This document shows positions 24,293-33,695 of a stretch of 64,000 nt of DNA, one piece after another. Location of the stretch: the NCBI GenBank assembly GCA_017446025.1, contig JAFSRR010000095.1, positions 14,081-78,080 on the forward strand, given 5' to 3'. The stretch's first letter is position 1, and every line of letters starts with the position of its first letter. This stretch comes from Bacteroidales bacterium. Lineage in GTDB: Bacteria; Bacteroidota; Bacteroidia; Bacteroidales; UBA1402. The position numbers were made by a program, and so were the translations under genes. Under the pieces are notes generated by a model. It ran no database searches. It was given only the letters and a program-made list of their open reading frames with translations, and was not told the DNA's origin.

Positions 24293-27200
24293 TCAGACTT
24301 TCGTCACTTTTACCATGAGAGCCGCCTCTTCCATATCCAGGAGCGTGCCGTCGGGCAGGCTGTCGGCCAAAGCCACCGATTCGGCCAGTGTCTGGGAGGC
24401 GATGTATTGCTGCCAGTGCATCACGGCAGCGTCGGTCGCTTCATGGTGGGTCAGCTGGATACGGATACGGTCGGTGATTTCGAACCCCTGTGACTTGCGC
24501 AGGTTCTGGATCCGGTTCACCAGCTCGCGCGCAAGCCCTTCCTCACGCAACTCCTCGGAAATCTCCACTTCCAGGGCCACGGTCAGGCGGCCGTCGTTGG
24601 CCACCAGCCAGCCGGGAATGTCTTCCGACAGGAATTCGACGTCGGAGGCTTCGATGCGGACGCTCTGCCCGTCCACCGACAGGTCGAGCCAGCCAGTCTT
24701 CTCGAAAGCAAAGATAGTATCTTGTTGTAGATTTTTCAACATTTCTGCCACAGATTTCATCTGCTTGCCGCATTTCGGGCCTAACTTCTTGAAATCCGGT
24801 TTAATACGTTTGATCAGCACCCCGGCGGCATTGTCCACAAAACGCAACTCCTTGACATTGACTTCAGAGAGGATCAGGTCACGGACGGCCTCGATGGCTG
24901 CCTTCTGGGAAGGATCGGCTTCGGGGATGATGATGGCTGCCAGTGGCTGGCGCACTTTGATGTTGACCTTCTTGCGCAGCGACAACACCATCGACGAAAT
25001 CTGCTGGGCCAGCTGCATGCGGGTGTTCAGGTCGTCGTCGATCAATTTTTCGTCGAAGACGGGATAGGCAGCCAAGTGGACCGATTCGCTCCGGTCACGG
25101 CCGGTGACGGCATTCAGGTCGAGGAAGAGCCGGTCGGCATAAAAAGGCGCGATGGGGGCCATCAGGCGGGCCACCGTGTCGAGGCAGGTGTAGAGCGTCT
25201 GGTAGGCAGCCAGCTTGTCGCGGGTCATTTCGCCGCCCCAGAAACGCTTGCGGTTGAGGCGGACATACCAGTTGCTCAGGTTCTCGCCGACAAATTCGGC
25301 AATGGCGCGTCCGGCACGGGTGGCCTCATAATCGGCATAGCTCTGGTCGGTCTGACGGATCAGGGCGTGCAGCAGGGAAATGATCCAACGGTCGATCTCG
25401 GGACGCTCGGCCATCGGGATCTCCGCTTCGCGGCCGGTGAAGCCGTCTACATTGGCATACAGGGCGAAGAACGAATAGGTGTTGTAGAGTGTTCCGAAGA
25501 ATTTGCGACGGACTTCCTCCACCCCTTCGGTGTCGAAACGCAGGTTGTCCCAAGGCGAGGCATTGGTGATCATGTACCAGCGCAAAGGATCGGAACCATA
25601 CTGTTCGATGGCACCGAAAGGATCGACGGCATTGCCCAGACGCTTGGACATCTTGTTGCCGTTCTTGTCGAGCACCAGGCCGTTGGATACCACATTTTTG
25701 TAGGCGACCGAATCGAAAATCATCGTGGCCAGGGCATGCAGTGTGAAGAACCAGCCACGGGTCTGGTCGACACCTTCGGCGATGAAATCGGCGGGATAGA
25801 TCTGCCGTTTGTCGAAAGCCTCCTTGTTTTCGAAGGGATAATGGATCTGGGCATAAGGCATGGCGCCTGAATCAAACCAGACATCGATCAGGTCGGGCTC
25901 GCGATGCATGGGCTGCCCGCTGGCCGACACAAGCACGATGTCATCGACATAGGGCCGGTGCAAGTCTATTTTGTCGTAGTTGGCCTTGTCCATCAAGCCG
26001 GGCACGAAACCGAGCTTCTTGTAGGGATTCTCTTTCATCAGGCCGGCGGCCACCGATTTTTCGATTTCCTGATAGAGTTCCTCGACACTGCCGATGCAGA
26101 TTTCCTCGCGGGTGTCGCGGTTGCGCCAGACAGGCAGCGGAGTGCCCCAGTAGCGCGAACGGCTCAGGTTCCAGTCGTTCAGGTTTTCGAGCCACTTGCC
26201 GAAACGGCCGCTGCCGGTCGATTCCGGCTTCCAGTTGATGGTGCGGTTCAGTTCGATCATGCGGTCGCGGCAGGCCGTCGAGCGGATAAACCACGAATCG
26301 AGCGGATAGTAGAGCACCGGCTTGTCGGTACGCCAGCAGTGCGGGTAGTTGTGGACATGCTTCTCGATGCGCAGGGCCTGACCGGCCTGCTTCATCTCCA
26401 TACAGATGCGGATGTTCAAGTCCTCGGCCTTGGCAGCGGCGGCCTCGTCGTACTTGCCGCGGGGGTTGAACTCGGGAGCGTAGGCATTCTTGACATATTC
26501 TCCCTCGTGAACGCGGTAGGCGGCCTCGTCCACACAACGGGCCGTAAACTCAGGCGCACAATCGGCCAGCAGGTAGTATTTGCCCGTCAGATCGACCATC
26601 GGACGGGTCTCGCCCAAAAGGTTGACCATGAACAGCGAAGGCACGCCGGAGGCCTTGCCCACCTTGGCATCGTCGGCACCGAAAGTGGGGGCGATATGCA
26701 CGATGCCCGTCCCTTCCTCTGTGGTGACATAGTCGCCGGGAATCACCCGGAAGGCCTCGGCCGACATCTCTACATAGGAGTCCTTGCCCACGGCAAACAC
26801 CGTGTCGGGATGGGCCTCGGCGGCCGCTTTCACATAGGCAGGCGCATTGTCGTCGAGCTTTTCCAAGGGCTTTACCCAAGGCATCAACTGGACATATTTC
26901 ATACCAACCAGGGCCGAACCCTTGTAACGCTGCGGCAAAATACGGTAGGGAACCACCTTGTCGCCCGGCTGGAAAGCCTCCATGTCGGCCGTGGCCCCTT
27001 CTGCCTTGAGATAGGAAGCCACACAGCTTTCGGCCATGACCAGGGTGACCTTGTCGGCCGTATAGGGGTTGTAGGTCTGGACAGCGACATAATCGATGTT
27101 GGGACCGACGCAAAGGGCCGTGTTCGAAGGCAGGGTCCAGGGAGTCGTGGTCCAGGCTACGAAGCATGGCGTGCCCCAGGCGGTCATCTCAGGTCGGGGA

Positions 27201-27853
27201 TCTGTCATGCGAAACAAAGCCGTGACGGTGGTGTCCTTGACATCGCGGTAGCAGCCGGGCTGGTTCAACTCGTGCGTGCTCAGGCCGGTACCGGCCGCGG
27301 GCGAATAAGGCTGGATGGTGTATCCTTTATAAAGGAGTCCCTTGTCGTACAACTGCTTGAGCAGCCACCAAAGGGTCTCGATGTAGCGGTTGTCGTAGGT
27401 GATATAGGGGTCTTTCATATCGACCCAATAACCCATCTTGCGGGTCAGGTCTTCCCCCTCACGCGTGAATTTCATCACATCGCGGCGGCAGGCGGCATTG
27501 TAGTCTTCGACCGAAATCTTGCGGCCGATATCCTCCTTGGTGATGCCCAGGCTCTTTTCCACACCCAGTTCGACAGGCAGTCCGTGCGTGTCCCAGCCGG
27601 CCTTGCGGTTGACCCGGAATCCTTTCATGGTCTTGTAACGGCAGAAGATGTCTTTGATGGAGCGGGCGATCATGTGGTGGATACCCGGCATGCCATTGGC
27701 CGAAGGGGGGCCCTCATAGAAGACAAAGGAAGGCTGGCCCTCACGCAGGACCGTACTCTTTCGGAAGACATCTTTCTCATCCCAGTCGCGCAGCATCTCC
27801 TTGTTGATGGCGGAGAGGTCGAACCGGGAATATTCAGCAAATTTTTCTGACAT
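24293..27853 (-). CDS. ileS: isoleucine--tRNA ligase (long, type-2 form)
   Basis: 1186 aa. HIGH (PSANGMPGIHH) and KMSKS (NKMSKRLGN) motifs and a CP1 editing domain. Confidence 0.97.
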   Translation of the reverse strand: MSEKFAEYSRFDLSAINKEMLRDWDEKDVFRKSTVLREGQPSFVFYEGPPSANGMPGIHHMIARSIKDIFCRYKTMKGFRVNRKAGWDTHGLPVELGVEKSLGITKEDIGRKISVEDYNAACRRDVMKFTREGEDLTRKMGYWVDMKDPYITYDNRYIETLWWLLKQLYDKGLLYKGYTIQPYSPAAGTGLSTHELNQPGCYRDVKDTTVTALFRMTDPRPEMTAWGTPCFVAWTTTPWTLPSNTALCVGPNIDYVAVQTYNPYTADKVTLVMAESCVASYLKAEGATADMEAFQPGDKVVPYRILPQRYKGSALVGMKYVQLMPWVKPLEKLDDNAPAYVKAAAEAHPDTVFAVGKDSYVEMSAEAFRVIPGDYVTTEEGTGIVHIAPTFGADDAKVGKASGVPSLFMVNLLGETRPMVDLTGKYYLLADCAPEFTARCVDEAAYRVHEGEYVKNAYAPEFNPRGKYDEAAAAKAEDLNIRICMEMKQAGQALRIEKHVHNYPHCWRTDKPVLYYPLDSWFIRSTACRDRMIELNRTINWKPESTGSGRFGKWLENLNDWNLSRSRYWGTPLPVWRNRDTREEICIGSVEELYQEIEKSVAAGLMKENPYKKLGFVPGLMDKANYDKIDLHRPYVDDIVLVSASGQPMHREPDLIDVWFDSGAMPYAQIHYPFENKEAFDKRQIYPADFIAEGVDQTRGWFFTLHALATMIFDSVAYKNVVSNGLVLDKNGNKMSKRLGNAVDPFGAIEQYGSDPLRWYMITNASPWDNLRFDTEGVEEVRRKFFGTLYNTYSFFALYANVDGFTGREAEIPMAERPEIDRWIISLLHALIRQTDQSYADYEATRAGRAIAEFVGENLSNWYVRLNRKRFWGGEMTRDKLAAYQTLYTCLDTVARLMAPIAPFYADRLFLDLNAVTGRDRSESVHLAAYPVFDEKLIDDDLNTRMQLAQQISSMVLSLRKKVNIKVRQPLAAIIIPEADPSQKAAIEAVRDLILSEVNVKELRFVDNAAGVLIKRIKPDFKKLGPKCGKQMKSVAEMLKNLQQDTIFAFEKTGWLDLSVDGQSVRIEASDVEFLSEDIPGWLVANDGRLTVALEVEISEELREEGLARELVNRIQNLRKSQGFEITDRIRIQLTHHEATDAAVMHWQQYIASQTLAESVALADSLPDGTLLDMEEAALMVKVTKV

Positions 27854-28092
27854 GGCAATGAGCTTGTTTCAAGCCGCGAAGGTAATGCTTTTTCGAGAGC
27901 CGTACAAGAGCCCGGCGCCCGCCATGGATTTGCTTTCCCCCATGGAAAGCCCATGGGCAGCGTTTTTACGTGCAGGGGCTGAATTTCAAACGATTAAATA
28001 ATGAATTTTTTTGGGCGAAAACGCACCACATAATAAAAATAATGTGTTTCTTTGTCGGTTCAAATGTTTAATCTTTTATTCTCAACTTCTGT

Positions 28093-31000
28093 ATGAAAAG
28101 ATTTACGCTTATTGCAACAGTATTGTTCCTGGGCACGGCTCTTACGGCCCTTGCCGCTGAGAACATCCGCACGATGGCGGCTCCCGAGGAAGCTCAGGGT
28201 ATTGTGGCTCTGAAAAAGGCCAAGGCTGCCATAGATGAGCAAGAGAAGATTCGCAACGACCGGGCCGCCGAAGCCAAAAGGAACCTGGCCCGCAGCGAAG
28301 CCGAAATCAGAGATTCCAAGCTGCGCATCGACGCTGAGCAGCAAAACATCGAAGCCCGCATCCGGCATATGAAACTGGAGGCCCCGCAGGTGGCAAACGT
28401 TCCGGTGGCCGCTCCGCAGCAGCAGCCGGTAGAGCAGCCCCTGAAGAAAGGTCCGTACATGGGCAGCAAAGAGTGGCGGCTCGACAAGGTCGAAGCCTTC
28501 TACGGCAAGAGCATGGACGAACTGGCCAAAATCGGTACGCAAACCTTCACCTACGACAGTGAAGGCAACATCACCAAACGGGAAACCAACATCACCAACG
28601 TGGAGAATTACCTCGGAGTGGATCCCCGGATTATTCCCGCCAACGCTTTGGTTCGCATGACCGATCTTTATGATGGCAGTAACAACGAAAGCACTGTCGC
28701 CTACCTGGACAGCAAGACCATGCAGTGGGTGGAGGTGAACGTATCGAGATACATCTATCAAGACGGCAACCTGGTCACCTCTCTGGAAATGCACGTCGAC
28801 ACCCTCGGTGCCCAAATCATCGAAAGCAAGACCGAATCGGAGTTTGACGGCCAAGGCCGGGCCACCAGCACCATCCATTATCAGAGAAACCACTATGAAG
28901 ACACGGTGACCCACACCGCTTACTTCAAGTTGGATCCCAACAGCCGTACCACCTATGAATATGCCGCCGACGGCATGACCACCTCGATCTCCTCTTATTG
29001 GGAGGGCGACAGCCTGGGATGGGTTTATTCCAGCAAAGACATCACCGGCACAGACAGCGAAGGATTCTACTGCACCGAACGCTACTATTACAGCGACACC
29101 ACCTGGTATCCCAACTACAAGAGTGCCTACAAGGAAGTCGGTCCCGATGCCGAAGGTCTCACCACCAACTATCGCAGAAACTGGTATTACGACAGATCGC
29201 TCCAGAAGTGGATCTTTTCCGACCAGAGCGTCTTTATTTACAAAGACTATCGCAACCTGGAATCCCAGACCTGGTATTACAGCGAAAATCTGCAAGCCCT
29301 GTATCTGAGCCAGCGTCACGGAGATGTTTATCAAGGCGACACGATGTACATCGGCTATTGGAGCATGAATTACCAGGAGCCCCGCACCGCAGCCGAACTG
29401 GCCGACCAGCAGCCTTATTCCGGCCGGAAGGAAGAACATTTCACCGACGAGGAATCGGGCCGCACCAAAACATACATCAACTATACGTATCAGAACGGCC
29501 AGTGGGTTCCGACCGACAAGACCGAATATGAATACACCCTTGTCACCGACTCCACTTCCTTCTACGGCGGGGAATACCCACAGGATTGGCAAACTTCCCT
29601 GCAGGCCTACTATCAGTGGGTTGCCGCCGACAACGCCTGGAAGGAAACCAGCAAACGCATCAACATGTTCGATGCCTATGGCAGTGACACCCTGATGTTG
29701 GTCTATGAAAACGATCTCCTGACAGGAAAGACCATCTACCAGTACAAATACTTCAAGGACGAAGAAGGTTATTGGAAGCAGTGCACGCTGTCGGAGGAAT
29801 ATGCCTACAACCAGTACGACGACAAACTGATTGGCCAGAGCAAAAACGAATACGACTACGATGAAAACGGCCATCAGATCATGAATGCCTCCTACAGTTG
29901 GGGTGATGATGCCTGGAGAGGCTATTACAAGAGTGAAACCCTTTGCGATGCCCAAGGCCGCGATACGCTTACCATTGCCTACGAATGGGACGGCGAGCGG
30001 AACGTATGGTACCCCTACGCCAAGACTCACCAAGTTTACAACGAAGAAGGTGAAACGATTTGTTATGAAACTTTCAACGGTCGCTACGCCGATGGACAGA
30101 CCACCTGGAAAGGCAACTACGCCACCTATACCACCAGAAACCAGAACGGTGATGTCACTGAAACCATATCCTACAACGAATGGAACACGGAATATGACAC
30201 ATGGTGGATGGGCAACCGCCAGGCATGGGCCTATGACGAACAGGGCATATTGACAGAATATGCTTCCTACTCATGGAACTATGAGACCAAATCGTGGATG
30301 GGTTCAAGCCGCGAAGCCTATACCTTCAACGATCAAAAGAAGAAAACCAGCTACACCATCTACGTCTGGGGAGAAACCTCCAATGACTGGACGCCTACCT
30401 ATAAGTATGAATACACCTATACCGAAAGCGGTCTGGACAAAGACAACTACCAGTATATGTGGAGCGAGGACAGTCACGAGTGGATTCCCATCTCCCGGCA
30501 CGTGGTCACCATGGAAGGCGGCAAGTTTGTCAGCTACCTGAACAGTTCCTACATCGCCGAGATGATTCCGGCCGAATGGAGAGACTATGAAAGAGGCGAC
30601 TATACCTACAAGGCCGACACCGTGACCCTGACCGTTTCCTCTCCGGATTACATGGACGAAGGCTGGGTTGCCTCTTCCAAAAAAATCTACGTAACGGATG
30701 CCTATGGCAATCTGTTGCTGGATGAGAACTACAGTTGGAGTGACTGGGATTCCACCTGGGTCGGCAACTACAAGAATGAAACCGTTTTCGACCCGACCAC
30801 CAACATCAGTGCACAGACCAGTTACAATTGGGACGAAAGCTCTCGCAGCTGGGTAGGCAATGAAAAGGAGGAATCATCTTACGATGAAAAAGGCCGCTTG
30901 ACCATGGATGCCACCTACACCTGGGACAGCAGCATCCCCGGCTGGAGAGGTTACTCCAAAGACGAGTATCGTTTCGACGAATACGACAACACCATTTACC

Positions 31001-32055
31001 AGGCCAGCTATTACTGGGACTACAGCCAGAACAACTGGAGGGGTTCCAGCAGATATGAGTATGTCTATGACTCCGAAGGAGATCAATTGGGCTATACCTT
31101 TTATAGTTGGGACAGCTCGAAATCCGACTGGAAAGGTTATTCCAGGTCGTATAGCGAAAGCAACGACACCCTGGATTATTACGAATACTATCAGTGGGAC
31201 TACGACAACTGGAGCTGGAAGGGCACACGCAAATCGGAAGTCCACCGCGACCGCTTCGGCAACACCATTTACTATGCCTACTATTACGACTGGCAGGATG
31301 GCGACTGGGTGGGCGACCGCAAAGGCAGCTACCTCTACGACGACTACGACCGTGTAGTCTACTCGGAACAGTATGATTGGGACAGCGACCACAAGAATTG
31401 GCGCGGTTCCGACAAGAAGGAATACGCCTATGCCGACAACACCAGCTACACCACCTCCATGCGGGCCTCCTATATATGGGACGAAGCCGCCTGGTGCTGG
31501 ATCGGCGACTATAAGGAAGTATTCGAATATGATGCAGACGGCAAGCGCATCATGACCACTGAATATGAATGGGACAAGGCTGCTGCCGATTGGTATGGAA
31601 CGTCGAAATATTCGCAGCAGACGACTTCTACGGCCGAGATGTTCCGCGATGTCACGACCAATTGGGTCTGGGACGCCACTGCCAAAGACTGGAAACTGGA
31701 CACCCGTGTCACCCTCGAAGAGCATTTTATGCCCAATACCAGTCTTACCAGCTACGAACTGGATATCATGGAGAAATACAGGAACAACGCCTGGAGCATT
31801 GCCCATATCCTGAAGACGGTCTATACCTATAGCCCCACCACAGGTATCGAAGCTGCCAAGACAGCCACCTGGAAAGTAATGGCCGGTGAAGGTCAGATCA
31901 AGGTCGAAGGCGACAGCGAGCAGGCTGCCATCCGCATCCACTCGCTCTCCGGAAAGCAGGTAGCCGCCGCCCGTGGACAGATCAAAATCAACGTTCCCGC
32001 CGGCATCTATCTGGTCACCGTCGATGGCGAAACCCTGAAAGTAAGCGTCAGATAA
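28093..32055 (+). CDS. giant secreted W/Y/D-rich tandem-repeat protein with T9SS C-terminal sorting domain
   Basis: 1320 aa. In order: a signal peptide (MKRFTLIATVLFLGTALTALA), a charged helical segment, more than 1000 aa of ~31-aa YxWDxxxxxWxGxxKxEYxYDxxG repeats, and a C-terminal ..IRIHSLSGKQV..AGIYLVTVDGETLKVSVR. Confidence 0.85.
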   Translation: MKRFTLIATVLFLGTALTALAAENIRTMAAPEEAQGIVALKKAKAAIDEQEKIRNDRAAEAKRNLARSEAEIRDSKLRIDAEQQNIEARIRHMKLEAPQVANVPVAAPQQQPVEQPLKKGPYMGSKEWRLDKVEAFYGKSMDELAKIGTQTFTYDSEGNITKRETNITNVENYLGVDPRIIPANALVRMTDLYDGSNNESTVAYLDSKTMQWVEVNVSRYIYQDGNLVTSLEMHVDTLGAQIIESKTESEFDGQGRATSTIHYQRNHYEDTVTHTAYFKLDPNSRTTYEYAADGMTTSISSYWEGDSLGWVYSSKDITGTDSEGFYCTERYYYSDTTWYPNYKSAYKEVGPDAEGLTTNYRRNWYYDRSLQKWIFSDQSVFIYKDYRNLESQTWYYSENLQALYLSQRHGDVYQGDTMYIGYWSMNYQEPRTAAELADQQPYSGRKEEHFTDEESGRTKTYINYTYQNGQWVPTDKTEYEYTLVTDSTSFYGGEYPQDWQTSLQAYYQWVAADNAWKETSKRINMFDAYGSDTLMLVYENDLLTGKTIYQYKYFKDEEGYWKQCTLSEEYAYNQYDDKLIGQSKNEYDYDENGHQIMNASYSWGDDAWRGYYKSETLCDAQGRDTLTIAYEWDGERNVWYPYAKTHQVYNEEGETICYETFNGRYADGQTTWKGNYATYTTRNQNGDVTETISYNEWNTEYDTWWMGNRQAWAYDEQGILTEYASYSWNYETKSWMGSSREAYTFNDQKKKTSYTIYVWGETSNDWTPTYKYEYTYTESGLDKDNYQYMWSEDSHEWIPISRHVVTMEGGKFVSYLNSSYIAEMIPAEWRDYERGDYTYKADTVTLTVSSPDYMDEGWVASSKKIYVTDAYGNLLLDENYSWSDWDSTWVGNYKNETVFDPTTNISAQTSYNWDESSRSWVGNEKEESSYDEKGRLTMDATYTWDSSIPGWRGYSKDEYRFDEYDNTIYQASYYWDYSQNNWRGSSRYEYVYDSEGDQLGYTFYSWDSSKSDWKGYSRSYSESNDTLDYYEYYQWDYDNWSWKGTRKSEVHRDRFGNTIYYAYYYDWQDGDWVGDRKGSYLYDDYDRVVYSEQYDWDSDHKNWRGSDKKEYAYADNTSYTTSMRASYIWDEAAWCWIGDYKEVFEYDADGKRIMTTEYEWDKAAADWYGTSKYSQQTTSTAEMFRDVTTNWVWDATAKDWKLDTRVTLEEHFMPNTSLTSYELDIMEKYRNNAWSIAHILKTVYTYSPTTGIEAAKTATWKVMAGEGQIKVEGDSEQAAIRIHSLSGKQVAAARGQIKINVPAGIYLVTVDGETLKVSVR
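30720..31610 (+). repeat. most regular block of in-frame ~93-nt (31-aa) coding repeats
   Basis: Consecutive units include YTWDSSIPGWRGYSKDEYRFDEYDNTIYQAS, YYWDYSQNNWRGSSRYEYVYDSEGDQLGYTF, YSWDSSKSDWKGYSRSY.., YQWDYDNWSWKGTRKSEVHRDRFGNTIYYAY, YDWDSDHKNWRGSDKKEYAY.., YIWDEAAWCWIGDYKEVFEYDADGKRIMTTE and YEWDKAAADWYGTSKY. Confidence 0.85.
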
Positions 32056-32078
32056 TCCTGCCGCCACCTATACGAAAA

Positions 32079-32109
32079 AGAGGACGAATCGTTTCGCCCT
32101 CTTTTTTTT
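32079..32109 (+). terminator. rho-independent terminator after the repeat-protein gene
   Basis: Arms 32079-32088 and 32093-32102 pair at 9 of 10 positions around a 4-nt loop, followed by a T8 run. Confidence 0.75.
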
Positions 32110-32158
32110 ATGGATGACGCCTGTCAAACCATTCGTTGTCCGGCCCGGATTGATATTC

Positions 32159-32911
32159 TTAATTGAAAGCCTCCGGCAGATAATAGCCTTCGGTCAGGTG
32201 GCGGTACTGGTCGGTATAAGAGCCTTGCCCATCGGCCACGGTGAGTTCCTCGCGCTGCACTGCCTCCAGGCGCTCACGGCCGAAACTCATCAGCACACGC
32301 TTGGGAGCCTTGCCTGCCACAGACAGCAGGCGGCAGGAGCGTTGCAGATACAGATGATATTCGTAGCAATACTCTTCGAATATCTCACCTGCTTCAAAGG
32401 GCAGGATCACCGAAAACAGCCCCGTAGGATGCAACAGAGGTGCCACACCGCGCACCAGGGTGGCAAAATCCAGGTCGTCGGCATGCCGGGCGAGGCTGCG
32501 GGCCTGGTTGATGGGCTTGAGGTCTTGCTTGAAGAAAGGGGGATTGCAGACAATCAGGTGGTATTCCCCTTCGGTTTTGAGGGGCAGATGCGACATGATT
32601 TCCGGAAAACTGCCCTGATACACCTGCACCGTTTCGGGCCAGGGACTGGCAGCCACATTCTGCACCGCCTGGAAAGCGGCCGGTATGTCCTTCTCGACAG
32701 CATCGATCAAGGCTTCGGGGTATTTCTGGGCCAGCATCAAGGCCACTACGCCGCTGCCGGTACCGATGTCCAGGATGCGGCGCTCCATCACATTGGCCAC
32801 TTCGGGCGACACGGCCCAGGCACCCAGCGTCACACCATCCATGCCCACCTTCATCGCGCACTTGTCGTGGAAGATCTCAAAATGTCTGAATCGGAACGAA
32901 GGGGATGACAT
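32159..32911 (-). CDS. trmN6: tRNA1(Val) (adenine(37)-N6)-methyltransferase-like SAM methyltransferase
   Basis: FRFRHFEIFHDKCAMKVGMDGVTLGAW start, SAM motif ILDIGTGSGVVAL and the NPPF catalytic motif (VCNPPFF). Confidence 0.8.
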   Translation of the reverse strand: MSSPSFRFRHFEIFHDKCAMKVGMDGVTLGAWAVSPEVANVMERRILDIGTGSGVVALMLAQKYPEALIDAVEKDIPAAFQAVQNVAASPWPETVQVYQGSFPEIMSHLPLKTEGEYHLIVCNPPFFKQDLKPINQARSLARHADDLDFATLVRGVAPLLHPTGLFSVILPFEAGEIFEEYCYEYHLYLQRSCRLLSVAGKAPKRVLMSFGRERLEAVQREELTVADGQGSYTDQYRHLTEGYYLPEAFN

Positions 32912-33256
32912 CTACTGCTGGTGTTTTTGATAATAATCGGCCCGGAAACTGACATAAAGCTCCACCAATGCCAGCAGCAACATCAGCACCAGCCAGCCGT
33001 TGTTGGAGATAAACATCAGATAGCCGGTCGCTATGACCAGGATGCCGCCGAAGGCATACATCCGGTTGAGCCGGCGAAGGCGGAAATCCTCCCCCCGGTA
33101 GGCAAACCGGGCCCGGTAAAACAAGTAGGCAGCCCCACCTGCGCAAAACAGGTATTTGCCCCAGCCCACATTTTCCATGACCAATACCACGGAGGCGATC
33201 ATCAGAAGATAACCGGCATAGAGCAGCGCCTCGTATTTTTGCTGTGTTTTCATCAA
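32912..33256 (-). CDS. small integral membrane protein, unknown function
   Basis: 114 aa with four predicted TM segments. Its stop codon directly abuts the trmN6 start, and its start overlaps the ftsB-like stop by 4 nt. Confidence 0.55.
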   Translation of the reverse strand: MMKTQQKYEALLYAGYLLMIASVVLVMENVGWGKYLFCAGGAAYLFYRARFAYRGEDFRLRRLNRMYAFGGILVIATGYLMFISNNGWLVLMLLLALVELYVSFRADYYQKHQQ

Positions 33257-33561
33257 TCCTCTTCCAGGATAAAGATTTCCTCGTTGTCTTTCTTCATGAG
33301 ATACTGCTCGCGGGCGATCTTCTCGATTTCCTGGGTGCCGATGCGCAGGTCTTCCAGTTGTTTTATGGCATCGTCACGCTCTTTCTCGTAGGCCTTGATC
33401 TCACGGCGGAGTTCCCGGGCCTGACGCTCGTAGTGACGACGGCGCAACAGGTTGTTCTTGTCGAAGAACAGCATCAAGATGGCAAACAGCACAATGACCG
33501 CGACATACTTGTTGGGCAAGTACGGCTTGATGCGGGCATATAGTTCTTTTAACTTGTTCAT
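33253..33561 (-). CDS. septum formation initiator (FtsB/DivIC-like) protein
   Basis: 102 aa. An N-terminal TM (YVAVIVLFAILMLFF), then a coiled coil, then the EKIAREQYLMKKDNEEIF motif. The start was trimmed to MNKLKEL. Confidence 0.75.
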   Translation of the reverse strand: MNKLKELYARIKPYLPNKYVAVIVLFAILMLFFDKNNLLRRRHYERQARELRREIKAYEKERDDAIKQLEDLRIGTQEIEKIAREQYLMKKDNEEIFILEED

Positions 33562-33695
33562 TTGAAAAGACTTCGGCCGACAAAAGAGGAAGCATGCCGT
33601 CTTTTGCGGCTTATGCTGCAAAGTAAAAGATTATTTTCCAAAAACCGATGGAAATCACCCCGGAATTGTTATCTTCGCAGACAAATTGACCGCTC

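Noticed and set aside
25904-27850. 648-aa plus-strand ORF inside ileS
   Set aside because: It is antisense to ileS and has the same shadow-ORF composition.
28060-30033. 657-aa minus-strand ORF antisense to the first half of the repeat-protein gene
   Set aside because: The sense strand has a signal peptide, regular repeats and a sorting domain. The antisense product is featureless and G/V/I/A/F-rich. It would also run into the ileS promoter region.
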